From an uncultured delta proteobacterium (lineage in GTDB: Bacteria; Desulfobacterota; RBG-13-43-22): a stretch of 64,000 nt of DNA. A program made the translations under genes and the position numbers. The notes under the pieces are model-generated. The model was given only the letters and a program-made list of their open reading frames with translations. It did no database searches and was not told where the DNA came from. Position 1 is the stretch's first letter. Each line of letters opens with the position of its first letter. Of this stretch, positions 1-8,978 are shown in pieces. The stretch spans positions 128,001-192,000 of the forward strand of contig CAVQFQ010000021.1 of assembly GCA_963711835.1 (NCBI GenBank), written 5' to 3'.

Positions 1-444
1 GATAAGGAGGTCCATGAAAAGCTGAAGGCCTGCCTTCAGGCCGGCCTTAAACCCGTCTTCTGCGTCGGAGAGACCCTGGAAGAAAGGGAAAACGGCAAGG
101 TTCGGGAGGTCATTCACCGCCAGATCTTAACGGCCGTGGCAAATTTTTCGGAACAGGAAATGACCCAGGGGGTGATTGCCTACGAGCCGGTTTGGGCCAT
201 CGGGACCGGGAAAACAGCCAGCCCCGAAGCGGCCCAGGAGGTCCATGCCCTGATCCGCCGATTGCTCGAAGAGGCCTTTAACAAAAGGATTGCAATGGAA
301 AAGAGGATTGTGTATGGTGGAAGCGTTACCCCCGAGACCATTAAGGCTCTCGTTTCGGAACCGGATATTGACGGTGCCCTGGTCGGGGGAGCCAGCCTGA
401 AGGCGGAAAGTTTTCTGGCTCTAATTACGGAGGTTCAAGCCTAA
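1..444 (+). CDS. tpiA: Triosephosphate isomerase (5' part outside window)
   Basis: Frame is open from base 1 (…FCVGETLEERE…) and contains the IAYEPVWAIGTG, YGGSV and DGALVGGASL motifs. Confidence 0.97.
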   Translation, partial: DKEVHEKLKACLQAGLKPVFCVGETLEERENGKVREVIHRQILTAVANFSEQEMTQGVIAYEPVWAIGTGKTASPEAAQEVHALIRRLLEEAFNKRIAMEKRIVYGGSVTPETIKALVSEPDIDGALVGGASLKAESFLALITEVQA

Positions 445-450
445 CCTGTT

Positions 451-819
451 ATGTTTACTCTTGTTGTCATCATCCATGTCGTGATCTGCATTTCCCTGAT
501 TCTGATCGTCCTGCTTCAGGCCGGAAAAGGGGCCAGTATGGGCGCAGCCTTTGGGGGATCCAGCCAGACCATTTTCGGAAGCAGCGGCGCAACTCCTTTT
601 CTGGCCAAGATAACCACCGGTGTGGCGGTACTCTTTATGCTGACCTCCCTGTTTCTGGCCTTCATGTCCGGTCCCCGAAGCCGTTCATCCGTGGTAACCG
701 CTCCGGCTGCACCGTCTCAACAGGCGCCGGCACAGGCCCCGGCCGGTTCTCAAGCGACTACCCCATCGCCGGCCGGTCCCGCGGTCCCGGCTGCACCAGC
801 GACGCCGACCGCGAAGTAA
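451..819 (+). CDS. secG: Preprotein translocase subunit SecG with Pro/Ala-rich tail
   Basis: Two hydrophobic helices, LLQAGKGASMGAAFGG motif, typical tpiA-secG-tRNA-Leu synteny. Confidence 0.95.
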   Translation: MFTLVVIIHVVICISLILIVLLQAGKGASMGAAFGGSSQTIFGSSGATPFLAKITTGVAVLFMLTSLFLAFMSGPRSRSSVVTAPAAPSQQAPAQAPAGSQATTPSPAGPAVPAAPATPTAK

Positions 820-831
820 ACCCAATGCGCT

Positions 832-918
832 GCCGAAGTGGTGGAATCTGGTAGACACACCATCTTGAGGGGGTGGCGGGTTACGCCCGTGCGGGTTCAA
901 GTCCCGCCTTCGGCACCA
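832..918 (+). tRNA. tRNA-Leu (anticodon GAG)
   Basis: Acceptor stem GCCGAAG/CTTCGGC plus ACCA, anticodon stem CCATC/GGTGG with loop TT-GAG-GG, long variable arm, GGTTCAAGTCC T-loop. Confidence 0.97.
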
Positions 919-926
919 AAGACTGA

Positions 927-960
927 AAAACGGCTAAGTTTTCAAATACTTGGCCGTTTT
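927..960 (+). terminator. Hairpin/terminator after tRNA-Leu
   Basis: AAAACGGCTAAGT…ACTTGGCCGTTTT inverted repeat followed by a T-rich tract. Confidence 0.6.
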
Positions 961-1087
961 GATTTTGGGCTGGGTGCGGATAGGGTGCGTTCGGCCATCT
1001 GATCCAATCGATTAACTAAAACTTGCCGCAGGGTGGTCCTGATTTCGGATTTCCTTGCGCTTCTTCTCAACAGGGACATAAGATTCA

Positions 1088-1146
1088 TCGCTCGCCCTTG
1101 GTGGCCTTTTCCAGGCCTTCGCTATCCTCGGGGGGATGAGGGTCAT
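1088..1146 (-). pseudogene. NERD-gene 5' stub, copy 1
   Basis: Frameshifted MTLI.PEDSEGLEKATKGER matches MARMHPEDIEGLKSTPEGER of copy 3, with the same upstream flank. Confidence 0.7.
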
Positions 1147-1186
1147 GTCAATTTAATTGCACGAATTTAAGAACGTCTTTGGTTCC

Positions 1187-1213
1187 ATAAGTTCACTCAG
1201 CAACTACGTTCCC
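1187..1213. repeat. Island repeat AAGTTCACTCAGSAACTAYGT (also at ~2561-2586 and ~3056-3078)
   Basis: ataagttcactcagcaactacgttccc / ataagttcactcaggaactacgtccc / aaagttcgctcagcaactatgtctc read directly. Confidence 0.85.
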
Positions 1214-1254
1214 ATTCTCCTAATTTCTGCGTCGGTTATCTGCAGGGGGGACTG

Positions 1255-1512
1255 CTAATAGCGGTAAACATCCTTTCGATCCGCAATGGAAAAGACCTCG
1301 ATCTCCTTACTGGAGTCCTTAACCAGATAGAGTATCCGGTAATTGCCAACCCTAATTCTGGCGCCTTCCCGGCCATGAAGCCTTTTGACGTTGCGGAGAT
1401 AGGGGTTCTTTTTTAAGGCAAGAATGGCTTTTATGATTTTGTCATGGATTCTTGGGGGAAGATCATCTAATTCTTTTTCTGCCGATCTTTTTAGGTTGAC
1501 CGTATATGGCAT
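1255..1512 (-). CDS. RelE/ParE-family toxin
   Basis: 85 aa basic protein with SAEKELDDL, RIRVGNYRILY and RKDVYR motifs; overlaps the upstream antitoxin. Confidence 0.9.
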   Translation of the reverse strand: MPYTVNLKRSAEKELDDLPPRIHDKIIKAILALKKNPYLRNVKRLHGREGARIRVGNYRILYLVKDSSKEIEVFSIADRKDVYRY

Positions 1513-1721
1513 TATCTGCCCTTTTTCTTCCGGGCTGATAGATAGTCGTCTAAGCTTCGGGAGGGTTCCTTGCGACGTTGCTCGATAATAACGGTATCGA
1601 TCAAGTCTTCAAGAAATTCCTTGTCGCTCAGCATTTTACCAACGACAGCCTCTCTGGTCTTCTTTGGCAAAGCCCGAAAAGCTGTCAAGAAGACCTCGGA
1701 CGTTGCCTCTATGGTAGTCAT
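1512..1721 (-). CDS. Putative antitoxin of the RelE/ParE toxin
   Basis: 69 aa ORF with GGAGG SD, translationally coupled to the toxin, EDLID motif. Confidence 0.75.
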   Translation of the reverse strand: MTTIEATSEVFLTAFRALPKKTREAVVGKMLSDKEFLEDLIDTVIIEQRRKEPSRSLDDYLSARKKKGR

Positions 1722-1747
1722 GGCAAACACCTCCATTTCTCTTTCTT

Positions 1748-1775
1748 ATTATAACAAACGGTCAAACGATTTCAA
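1748..1775 (-). promoter_or_regulatory. sigma70 promoter of TA module 1
   Basis: TTGAAA-16-TATAAT with extended TGn. Confidence 0.6.
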
Positions 1776-1852
1776 CCATCGAATACGGCCCTCCGTTCGC
1801 CCTCGGTGGGGCCTTCAAGGTTTTCGATATCCTCGGGTTGCAGGCGGGCCAT
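1772..1852 (-). pseudogene. NERD-gene 5' stub, copy 2
   Basis: MARLQPEDIENLEGPTEGERRAVFDG*. Confidence 0.8.
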
Positions 1853-1868
1853 GTCAATTTAATTCCAC

Positions 1869-1897
1869 TTGACGTAATTAAAAAATTACGATACCTT
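1869..1897 (+). promoter_or_regulatory. sigma70 promoter with palindromic operator, BrnT/BrnA-like module (probably leaderless)
   Basis: TTGACG-17-TACCTT, overlapping palindrome CGTAATT-AAA-AATTACG, ATG at 1904. Confidence 0.6.
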
Positions 1898-1903
1898 GCC
1901 AGC

Positions 1904-2218
1904 ATGATTAATCCCGATCCTCATCTTGATCCAGACTGGGATGAAGAAAATAGTGACCATATTGCAAGACATGGGATCAGACCGGAACAGGTTGAAGAGG
2001 TTTATTATGGGGAAGGACCGTATCCGACCCTTGCCCTCAAAAATAGAAGGGGAAAGAATACCGAATATAGATATCGACTATGGGGCTGTGATGCCGCTGG
2101 CTTTTTCATTGAAGCCGTTATCGCCCCTTATCTGGAATATGGTATTTGGAGATGCGTTACGGCATTTCCCATGTCACCATCCACCCAAAAAACCTATTTG
2201 AGACGGATAAAGAGATGA
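1904..2218 (+). CDS. BrnT-like toxin
   Basis: DWDEENSDHIARHGIRPEQVEEV and CVTAFPMS motifs; ATGA overlap with the downstream gene. Confidence 0.75.
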   Translation: MINPDPHLDPDWDEENSDHIARHGIRPEQVEEVYYGEGPYPTLALKNRRGKNTEYRYRLWGCDAAGFFIEAVIAPYLEYGIWRCVTAFPMSPSTQKTYLRRIKR

Positions 2219-2508
2219 GCAAGCTCCCTAAAAAAATCAGAAAAAACCTGAAGGAAGAAGCTTCATACTGGGATAGCCGGATTGGCCGGGAAGACTCCGC
2301 CCAAGCAGCTAAACTACTCGAAGAGGCAGAACCCTTTGTTACCCAGCGCCCGGTCCGTCAACCGGTTTCCCTCCGAATCGACCCCTTTGATCTATCCATG
2401 GCCAAGCGCATCGCCCGCCTTAAAGGAATTCCCTTTAGCCAACTCATGGCTATGTGGTTGCATGAAAAAATTGAGGCTGAAAAATCTAATATAGAGGAGG
2501 CTCGGTAA
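2215..2508 (+). CDS. BrnA/CopG-type antitoxin
   Basis: EEASYWD plus C-terminal ribbon-helix-helix-like VSLRIDP…KRIARLKGIPFSQLMAMWL. Confidence 0.75.
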   Translation: MSKLPKKIRKNLKEEASYWDSRIGREDSAQAAKLLEEAEPFVTQRPVRQPVSLRIDPFDLSMAKRIARLKGIPFSQLMAMWLHEKIEAEKSNIEEAR

Positions 2509-2570
2509 AAAGGAAATAACTGCCTTTACCTCCTCTCCAATAGCAGGTTTTTCAAAGATAATAAGTTCAC

Positions 2571-2690
2571 TCAGGAACTACGTCCCGTCCTATAATCTTT
2601 TTTGCCTTTAAATATTTCTTCCCGCCGTCTCCCGCGATTCATCACATGAAACCGGGCGTCCGGACATTCTATTCTCAATGGTCGGGACAT
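2571..2690 (-). pseudogene. N-terminal stub of a REP-associated tyrosine transposase (Y1/RAYT)
   Basis: Manual translation MSRPLRIECPDARFHVMNRGRRREEIFKGKKDY resembles the RAYT N-terminus; truncated at the island repeat. Confidence 0.75.
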
Positions 2691-2723
2691 AACCAACCCT
2701 AAAGAACAAATCATTCTTAAGAG

Positions 2724-2990
2724 TCAAAAGCAGACCCCTTTACACTCGATGGGGTCGGCCTCTTCGATCTGGTCGACCAGCCAGTCCTTGACTTCCCGGA
2801 CCAGCAGGCCCTGCTGTTTGCCGAAGAGAACGAAGTCAGGCTCTTTGCCCTCTTCCCCGATGGCAGGCTCATACCCACCGATAAAATCCTGGTCCGGCCG
2901 GGCCGCTTCCCGGAGGAAACGAAAGACCTTCCTTTCGCCCTCGGGGGTGCTTTTCAGGCCTTCGATATCCTCAGGGTGCATGCGGGCCAT
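2724..2990 (-). pseudogene. NERD-gene 5' stub, copy 3
   Basis: MARMHPEDIEGL…EPDFVLFGKQQGLLVREVKDW (PD…ExK NERD core), truncated. Confidence 0.8.
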
Positions 2991-3130
2991 GTCAATTTTA
3001 TTCCACGAATTCAAGAACGTCCTGGTCTCCACGTCTTCAGGATCCCTTGTCCTCAAAAGTTCGCTCAGCAACTATGTCTCGGTTTTCAAATTGAAACCAC
3101 CCTTTATCCGGATTTATGAATAAAAAGCCT

Positions 3131-3169
3131 CCTTTTATGCTTGACATAACGCATAAAGGGTGACAGATT
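3131..3169 (+). promoter_or_regulatory. higBA promoter/operator
   Basis: TTGACA-17-CAGATT; the -35 box is flanked by inverted repeat CTTTTATGC…GCATAAAGG. Confidence 0.5.
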
Positions 3170-3177
3170 AAGTTCGT

Positions 3178-3459
3178 ATGATCGTAAGCTTCAAAGATAA
3201 GCGAACACAAAACTTCGCCCAGGGCAAGCGGGTCAAGGCTTTCACGGGATTTGAATACAAGGCTGAAATGAGGCTTGACCAACTGGATTCAGCTACCTCG
3301 TTGCTTGATCTGGACTTGCCCGGAAACCGTCTCGAAGCCCTCAAGGGAGACCGTCAGGGTCAATACAGTATCCGTATCAATGACCGATGGCGGATTTGCT
3401 TCGAGTGGCCGAAGGGTTCTCCGGGGCCAATCAAGGTTCAAATTATCGATTACCATTGA
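3178..3459 (+). CDS. higB: HigB toxin (RelE superfamily)
   Basis: MIVSFKDK…PGNRLEALKGDRQGQYSIRINDRWRICFEW…DYH. Confidence 0.92.
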   Translation: MIVSFKDKRTQNFAQGKRVKAFTGFEYKAEMRLDQLDSATSLLDLDLPGNRLEALKGDRQGQYSIRINDRWRICFEWPKGSPGPIKVQIIDYH

Positions 3460-3472
3460 ATTGAGGTGTATT

Positions 3473-3790
3473 ATGAGACGTAGTGCTATACATCCTGGCG
3501 AACATCTCGCCGAACAACTTCAAGCTCTGGCCATGAGCGCGGCTGAATTGGCCCGCAAGCTCAAAGTGCCCACTAATCGCATAACCGAAATCCTGAACGG
3601 CCAGCGAAACGTGACCGGGGACACGGCCTTGCGCCTGGGACATTTCTTCAGAACGAGCCCGGAATTCTGGCTGAATCTGCAGAAGCTATACGAATTGCGT
3701 CTGGCCGATCAGAAATCAGGGGAAATGATCAGGGCTCTGCCGAGACTCTCCAAGGCGATGAACATACCAGGCGGTAATGCCCACCCTTAA
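3473..3790 (+). CDS. higA: HigA antitoxin (XRE HTH)
   Basis: IHPGEHL…TALRLGHFFRTSPEFWLNLQKLYEL; follows higB. Confidence 0.92.
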   Translation: MRRSAIHPGEHLAEQLQALAMSAAELARKLKVPTNRITEILNGQRNVTGDTALRLGHFFRTSPEFWLNLQKLYELRLADQKSGEMIRALPRLSKAMNIPGGNAHP

Positions 3791-3939
3791 ACGGGAATCG
3801 GCGAATCATAAGACCAAGGACTTTTCGACCGGCGGTATCTTCCACCGGTTGAAAAATATTTCATCTCTGCGTCCTTTGCGTCTCCGCGGTGAATACTGTA
3901 TTTGACCTGCCGGTCGGGATTATTCCGGGATTCCTCCCG

Positions 3940-4201
3940 TCATGCGATCCAGACCTTGAAAGTCCGGGGGTCGGCCTCCTCGATTTGATCGATCAGCCAG
4001 TCTTTGACTTCAAGTACCAGTAGGCCGAGTTGTTTGCCGAAGAAAACGAAGTCGGGTTCCTTGCCCTGTTCCCCGATGGCAGGTTCATACCAGCCGAAAA
4101 AATCTGAATCCGGTCGGGCTGCCTCCCTGAGAAATCGAAACACTTCCTCTCTCTCAGTGGCGTCCTCCAGGCCTTCGATATGCTCGGGGTGCCTGTGCTA
4201 T
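3940..4201 (-). pseudogene. NERD-gene 5' stub, copy 4
   Basis: HPEHIEGLEDATE…FRFLREAARPD…EPDFVFFGKQLGLLVLEVKDW; start degraded, truncated. Confidence 0.8.
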
Positions 4202-4204
4202 TTA

Positions 4205-4448
4205 TTATCTTCGATAAACCTCCCGACGATGGCGTACGCGCATAATCCTTATCGCTTTTGCCTCATCGTCGATCTCGTAAATAATATGATAGTCGCCAAT
4301 TCTAATACGCCAATCGTTTCTGGAACCTGTAATTTTACTGCACCCGGAAGGTCTTGGGTTTCCTGCTAAGGTTTTAATATGGGGGAGGATACGGTGGAAG
4401 ATGGATGGTGTCAAACGCCTGAGATCATTCTCGGCAGATCGCTCGAGT
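4205..4448 (-). pseudogene. RelE/ParE toxin lacking its start and antitoxin
   Basis: LERSAENDLRRL…NPRPSGCSKI…WRIRIGDYHIIY…RHRREVYR. Confidence 0.8.
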
Positions 4449-4729
4449 GTCCCGATGGAGTTTATCGGTGCCCCTGTATTTGTAAAATAAATATCCATCC
4501 GGACTGAAACTATCCTTGTAGGGACCTTTCGGGGCTGTTGTAATGGAAAGGGGTAGATCGAGATATTTCGGCTTAAAAATACCCTGTGGGGAGATTGGTG
4601 GAATCCGTTCACCCTCAAAAATAAATCCTTTTCAAGTAGTGCCCGAGGTAAAACATCCCCATGGATTGAGACTTGTTCCTTCAACCATTCAAAAGCAGTT
4701 ATGCGGGCCTGTTCATCAAGTCCACTCAC
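4449..4729 (-). pseudogene. 5' stub of an HNH (type IV restriction-like) endonuclease
   Basis: With one indel corrected it reads AFEWL…GFIFEGERIPPISPQGIFKP…LPLSITTAP…YKYRGTD, resembling the N-terminus of HNH endonucleases. Confidence 0.6.
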
Positions 4730-5003
4730 GGAGAAACCTTTCTTTAATATGGCAATAACTTTATTTGTATAACTTTATTCACATAATTTAAACCTTGTTT
4801 AGCTTAACCTCGAAAGTCCTTGTTACGGCAACAATAGAGAAGGGGACGTTGTCCACTTCATTCAAAAATATTTTATCCGTTCTTGAATTCGTTGACTTTC
4901 GTTCCATCTGGATCGAATTTTATTTCCCTCTTCAACCTCTTGGTGACCTTACAATAAAATATCTTTGGATCATTTTACCCCATCCCTGACCCTGGGTTCC
5001 CTT

Positions 5004-5066
5004 TCCCCCTCACCCCCGCTCCGCCTCGGCGGATCTTCGACCTCTCCCACGGTGGGGAGAGGGTGA
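5004..5066. repeat. REP-like hairpin; its core is repeated at 5649-5665
   Basis: CCCTCACCCC…CCTCTCCC…GGGAGAGGG; the 17-mer CGGCGGATCTTCGACCT occurs on both sides of the ORF6N gene. Confidence 0.65.
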
Positions 5067-5073
5067 GAAGGGA

Positions 5074-5625
5074 TCATCTCCTGCCATATTTTGCCCGGGG
5101 CTCCCTGGTCAAAAAACCGATTTTCTTTCTGGGTCTCTCCGGCGGAGCCATGAGCTGCTCTATAGCCTTAAAAATGTCTGTAATTTGTTCATCATGATCC
5201 TGGATACGTTCTTCCAATTCTGCCAGTTTGCCGGCCAATGTCCTGTGGGTGACCATCATTTGGCGAAGCCGGACAAAAACACGCATGATCGTGATGTTGA
5301 CCTGGATTGCTCTCTGACTATTGAGAACGCTGGACAGCATGGCCACTCCCTGCTCAGTGAATGCATAGGGCCTTGCACGGCGCAGGCCACCCCAACTTGA
5401 AATCACAATTTGTGATTTCAAGTTCTGGAATTCTTCCATGGTCAATTGAAACATGAAATCCTGAGGAAACCTTTCGATATTGCGCTTTACGGCCTGGATC
5501 AATGCTCGAGGTTCAACGCCATAAAGTTCCGCCAAAGGTGTGCTTAACATGACTCTCTGCCCACGAATTATATAAATGGATTTCCCAATTTGTTCTGCGT
5601 AAGTTAGATGGTCTTTGGGGGTCAT
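5074..5625 (-). CDS. ORF6N-domain DNA-binding protein
   Basis: IRGQRVML…LYGVE…[16 protein letters not shown]…[15 protein letters not shown]. Confidence 0.9.
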   Translation of the reverse strand: MTPKDHLTYAEQIGKSIYIIRGQRVMLSTPLAELYGVEPRALIQAVKRNIERFPQDFMFQLTMEEFQNLKSQIVISSWGGLRRARPYAFTEQGVAMLSSVLNSQRAIQVNITIMRVFVRLRQMMVTHRTLAGKLAELEERIQDHDEQITDIFKAIEQLMAPPERPRKKIGFLTREPRAKYGRR

Positions 5626-5695
5626 CTCGCTTTCCTTTTCGCCCGCCGCGGCGGATCTTCGACCTGTCCCGCAGCCACCCTTTTGCATAGACATT

Positions 5696-6835
5696 CTATT
5701 TAAATTCACCGGCCCATAACCGCTCAATAAACTGGGGCCAGGGTATCACCTCAATATTTTTTTCCAGCCGGCGAGGCTGTTTTTCCAAGCAGACGATACA
5801 GCATTTTTTTACCGGTCCGTCTTCCAGAAGGGCTTGCAGCCCGCCGATATCGCCTTCGTGGACGCGGGAGGAGCCTTTAATTTCTATCGCCAGCTCCTTG
5901 TCCCCGAGGAGGAAGTCAACCTCACGGCCGGTTGAAGTCCGCCAGAAAGTAATGGGCCAATCGGGATTGCGGTAGGCCTGATAAGCTTTTAACTCCATCA
6001 AAATATAGTGTTCAAAGGCTTTGCCGAATTCCCGACTGCCGATTTTGGGTTGGCGTCTGGCCAGATAGTTGGCTACCCCCACGTCGAACAAATAAAACTT
6101 TTCGGTGGTGATCAGTCGCCGGTTTTTCGATTTCTTCCAGGGCGGTATTCTGAATCCCAGATAGGTATCTTCCAAGATATCGAAATAGGTCCGTATGACT
6201 TTATGCGAAACGCCTGTTTCCCGGGCGATGTTGACGTAATTGATGAGTTCGCTGGAAGTGATCGCCGCCACCCGCATGAATTCACTGAAGGCCGGGATGT
6301 TTTGGGTGAGCGCTTCCGCGACTACCTCTTCTTTCAAATAATCGGCCACATAAGAACGTAACTCTTCAATCGGGTCGGGTGAGAGGTAGTGGGGCGGGAG
6401 CAGCCCGGAAAACATAACGCGTTCCAGGTTAAACCCGGTTACCTCCATATAGGACAGAGGGGTCAGGGTTCTACGCCAGGCTCGGCCTCCCAGGAGATTG
6501 GCATGTCCGCGCCGTAGTTTACGGGCACTGGAACCGGTCAATAAAAAAGAAAGGGTTGTGTTTTCAATCAGCCAGTGGACTTCATCCAGGAGGGCCGGTG
6601 CTTTTTGGACTTCATCGATAACCACCAGTCCCCGGTGATTCTGATAGCGTTCTCGGAGCAGCGCCGGCCGGGAGATGTATTCCGCAAAAACATCAGTCTT
6701 CAGCAAATCAATAATCTCGGCCCCGGCCAGGTGGTGGGTGATCCAATAGGTTTTGCCGACCTTGCGAGGGCCCCAAAGGAAAGCCGACCTCCCGGGGGGC
6801 AGGTTAAGCTCGAACAGTCTGTTTTTAATTTTCAT
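5696..6835 (-). CDS. AAA+ ATPase with DUF4143 domain
   Basis: Walker A GPRKVGKT, Walker B IDEVQK, LTGSS, C-terminal EVDF…IEIK. Confidence 0.9.
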   Translation of the reverse strand: MKIKNRLFELNLPPGRSAFLWGPRKVGKTYWITHHLAGAEIIDLLKTDVFAEYISRPALLRERYQNHRGLVVIDEVQKAPALLDEVHWLIENTTLSFLLTGSSARKLRRGHANLLGGRAWRRTLTPLSYMEVTGFNLERVMFSGLLPPHYLSPDPIEELRSYVADYLKEEVVAEALTQNIPAFSEFMRVAAITSSELINYVNIARETGVSHKVIRTYFDILEDTYLGFRIPPWKKSKNRRLITTEKFYLFDVGVANYLARRQPKIGSREFGKAFEHYILMELKAYQAYRNPDWPITFWRTSTGREVDFLLGDKELAIEIKGSSRVHEGDIGGLQALLEDGPVKKCCIVCLEKQPRRLEKNIEVIPWPQFIERLWAGEFK

Positions 6836-6878
6836 AATAATGGAAATTTATCCGAATAAATTATCCTCGTCAAGAAAA

Positions 6879-7139
6879 TTATTTACGTAATCGCCCCAGA
6901 CGGCACCAATGTCCTTTCTCTAAGCTTCCAAATTGGAATCTTAGAGAAGTATATTCTTCCTGGGTTAATTGGAACATAAAATCATGTGGAAATCGAACCA
7001 AATTTCTTCTTACGGCCTTGTTTAAATTCCCGGTGGTAACTCCATAAAGTCGTGCCAAGTCCCTATCCAGCATGTTTTTTTGGCCTCTGACCAGTAAAAT
7101 CTTCTTCTCAATTACTTCCATTGGGACCACAGATTCCAT
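6879..7139 (-). pseudogene. Truncated ORF6N-domain protein
   Basis: RGQKNMLDRDLARLYGV…RFPHDFMFQLT, ending before the AFTEQG motif. Confidence 0.8.
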
Positions 7140-7424
7140 TCATTCTCCTTCTTAGGGACAAGCCTTTGAATATTAAACCAAGTAATCTGGGGTCAGGCAT
7201 AAGCAATAAAAGTAAATTCCAGGGAAGCCGACATAGAAAAAAGGCCCTAACTTTATGAAAAGCAAGGGCCTTTAAGCTCCATCGAATTCTCCCGGTTTAA
7301 GGTTAAATGGAAAAAGAAAGTAAATTTAACAAGATAGGCTTGAAATAGCATATATTGGGCCTATTGTCAATGGAAGGGAACAGGCCGTGTTATACCGGTT
7401 GCATTCGAAATTAATATCAAGAGT

Positions 7425-7598
7425 CTCCCTCCGCTGACCTCGGTGATTTCCAGCAGGGCCTGCTTGAGGGCCTCCTCCAGGGTGAGGAAGTCCGAGCTCC
7501 CCGGTCTCCGGGGCGAGAAGCGGGAAGAGGGTCAGTTTTTTATGGGATTGGGGGTGGGCGAACTTGACCAGGTCGAGAAGAGCTTTGATGGCTTGCAT
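7425..7598 (-). pseudogene. 5' stub of a DUF6569-like gene
   Basis: PQSHKKLTLFPLL then (frameshifted) DFLTLEEALKQALLEITEVS; truncated. Confidence 0.55.
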
Positions 7599-7779
7599 GG
7601 GGTTTGCCTCCTCATTTTTCGATTTTGAGGAGGAGCATAACCTCCGGGATTGTCAGATCAGGACAAAATGGAGAATTATTTTGATCATCCTTTAAGCCCC
7701 ACTTTCTGCCTCTTTAGCCAGGTGTTCTTTAATCCACATCCTCAGTAGCGAGGTATAACTTAATCCCTTTCGCAAAAAG

Positions 7780-7808
7780 TTGACAAGACCTCGTCTTTGA
7801 GTTACCAT
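7780..7808 (+). promoter_or_regulatory. sigma70 promoter of gap
   Basis: TTGACA-17-TACCAT. Confidence 0.65.
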
Positions 7809-7875
7809 TTCCCTAACTTGTTTATATTTTTAACCAATATCAAAAAATTCGGAAATATTAAAAAAGGAGAGAGCT

Positions 7876-8874
7876 ATGGCGGTTAAAGTGGCCATCAATG
7901 GTTTTGGAAGGATTGGTCGATTGGTTTATCGGGCGGGTTTTAAGAGCCGTGAGGTCGAATTCATAGCCGTCAATGATCTAACCGACGCAAAAACAATGGC
8001 CCATCTGTTGAAATACGATTCGGTTCATGGAATCATGGATGCCGAGGTCAAGGCCACCTCGAATTCCTTAATAATCGACGGCCAGGAACTTAAAACCTTC
8101 TCGATGAAAGATCCGGAATCTTTGCCCTGGAAGGAACTCGGCATAGACGTCGTCCTGGAGAGCACCGGTAAGTTTACCGACCGGTCCGGGGCCGAAAAAC
8201 ATTTAATGGCCGGGGCAAAAAAGGTCGTTATTTCAGCGCCGGCCAAGAACCCGGATGTCACTGTGATTTTCGGGATCAATCAGGAGGAATACGATCAGAC
8301 CAAACACCACATCATCTCCATGGGGTCCTGTACCACCAACTGCCTGGCTCCCATCGTTAAAATACTTCAGAAGGAGTTCGGTGTCGAATACGGTCTGATG
8401 ACCACCATTCATGCCTATACCAATGATCAGGTCATCCAGGATGAACCGCATAAAGACCTTCGGCGATCCAGGGCAGCAGCTCTTTCCATGATTCCGACAA
8501 CAACCGGTGCCGCCAAGGCGATTTCCGAAGTGATCCCGGAGATGAAGGGCAGACTGGACGGCATCGCCATACGAGTGCCTGTTCCCAATGTTTCTCTGGT
8601 CGACTTCGTGGCCACCTTATCGAAAGCCACCAGTAAAGACGAAGTGAATGCCAAGTTCAAAGAATATGCCGCAGGCCCCATGAAGGGCATACTCCTGTGC
8701 AGCGATGAAGAACTGGTTTCACATGATTTCAACGGGAATCCCCATTCATCGATTGTCGACCTTCCCAACACGAATGTCATCGGCGGCAAGATAATCAAAA
8801 TTCTCTCCTGGTATGATAACGAGTGGGGTTTCTCAAATAGAATTGTGGAACTCTTGTCGTTTGTCATGAAATAG
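7876..8874 (+). CDS. gap: Type I glyceraldehyde-3-phosphate dehydrogenase
   Basis: INGFGRIGR, SCTTNCL and WYDNEWG motifs. Confidence 0.97.
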   Translation: MAVKVAINGFGRIGRLVYRAGFKSREVEFIAVNDLTDAKTMAHLLKYDSVHGIMDAEVKATSNSLIIDGQELKTFSMKDPESLPWKELGIDVVLESTGKFTDRSGAEKHLMAGAKKVVISAPAKNPDVTVIFGINQEEYDQTKHHIISMGSCTTNCLAPIVKILQKEFGVEYGLMTTIHAYTNDQVIQDEPHKDLRRSRAAALSMIPTTTGAAKAISEVIPEMKGRLDGIAIRVPVPNVSLVDFVATLSKATSKDEVNAKFKEYAAGPMKGILLCSDEELVSHDFNGNPHSSIVDLPNTNVIGGKIIKILSWYDNEWGFSNRIVELLSFVMK

Positions 8875-8978
8875 AAAAGGAAAAGGGTTCAAGGATTCGA
8901 GGATTCAGGGATTCAAGAAAGCGATACCTCACAAAAAACCGCCCCTTGGCAATAGGATCTTTAGAATAACAACATCCT

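Larger units (their letters stand above)
920..7650. mobile_element. Decayed tRNA-Leu-associated accessory island (TA modules and gene stubs)
   Basis: Directly 3' of a tRNA. Contains only TA pairs, ORF6N, AAA-DUF4143 and pseudogene fragments. No integrase or attR seen, so boundaries are approximate. Confidence 0.7.

Noticed and set aside
1187-3078. CRISPR array
   Set aside because: The repeats are few, diverged and separated by hundreds of bases of genes; no cas genes are present.
920-7650. Integron or intact integrative element
   Set aside because: No integrase, no duplicated tRNA 3' end (attR) and no convincing attC boxes were found by eye.
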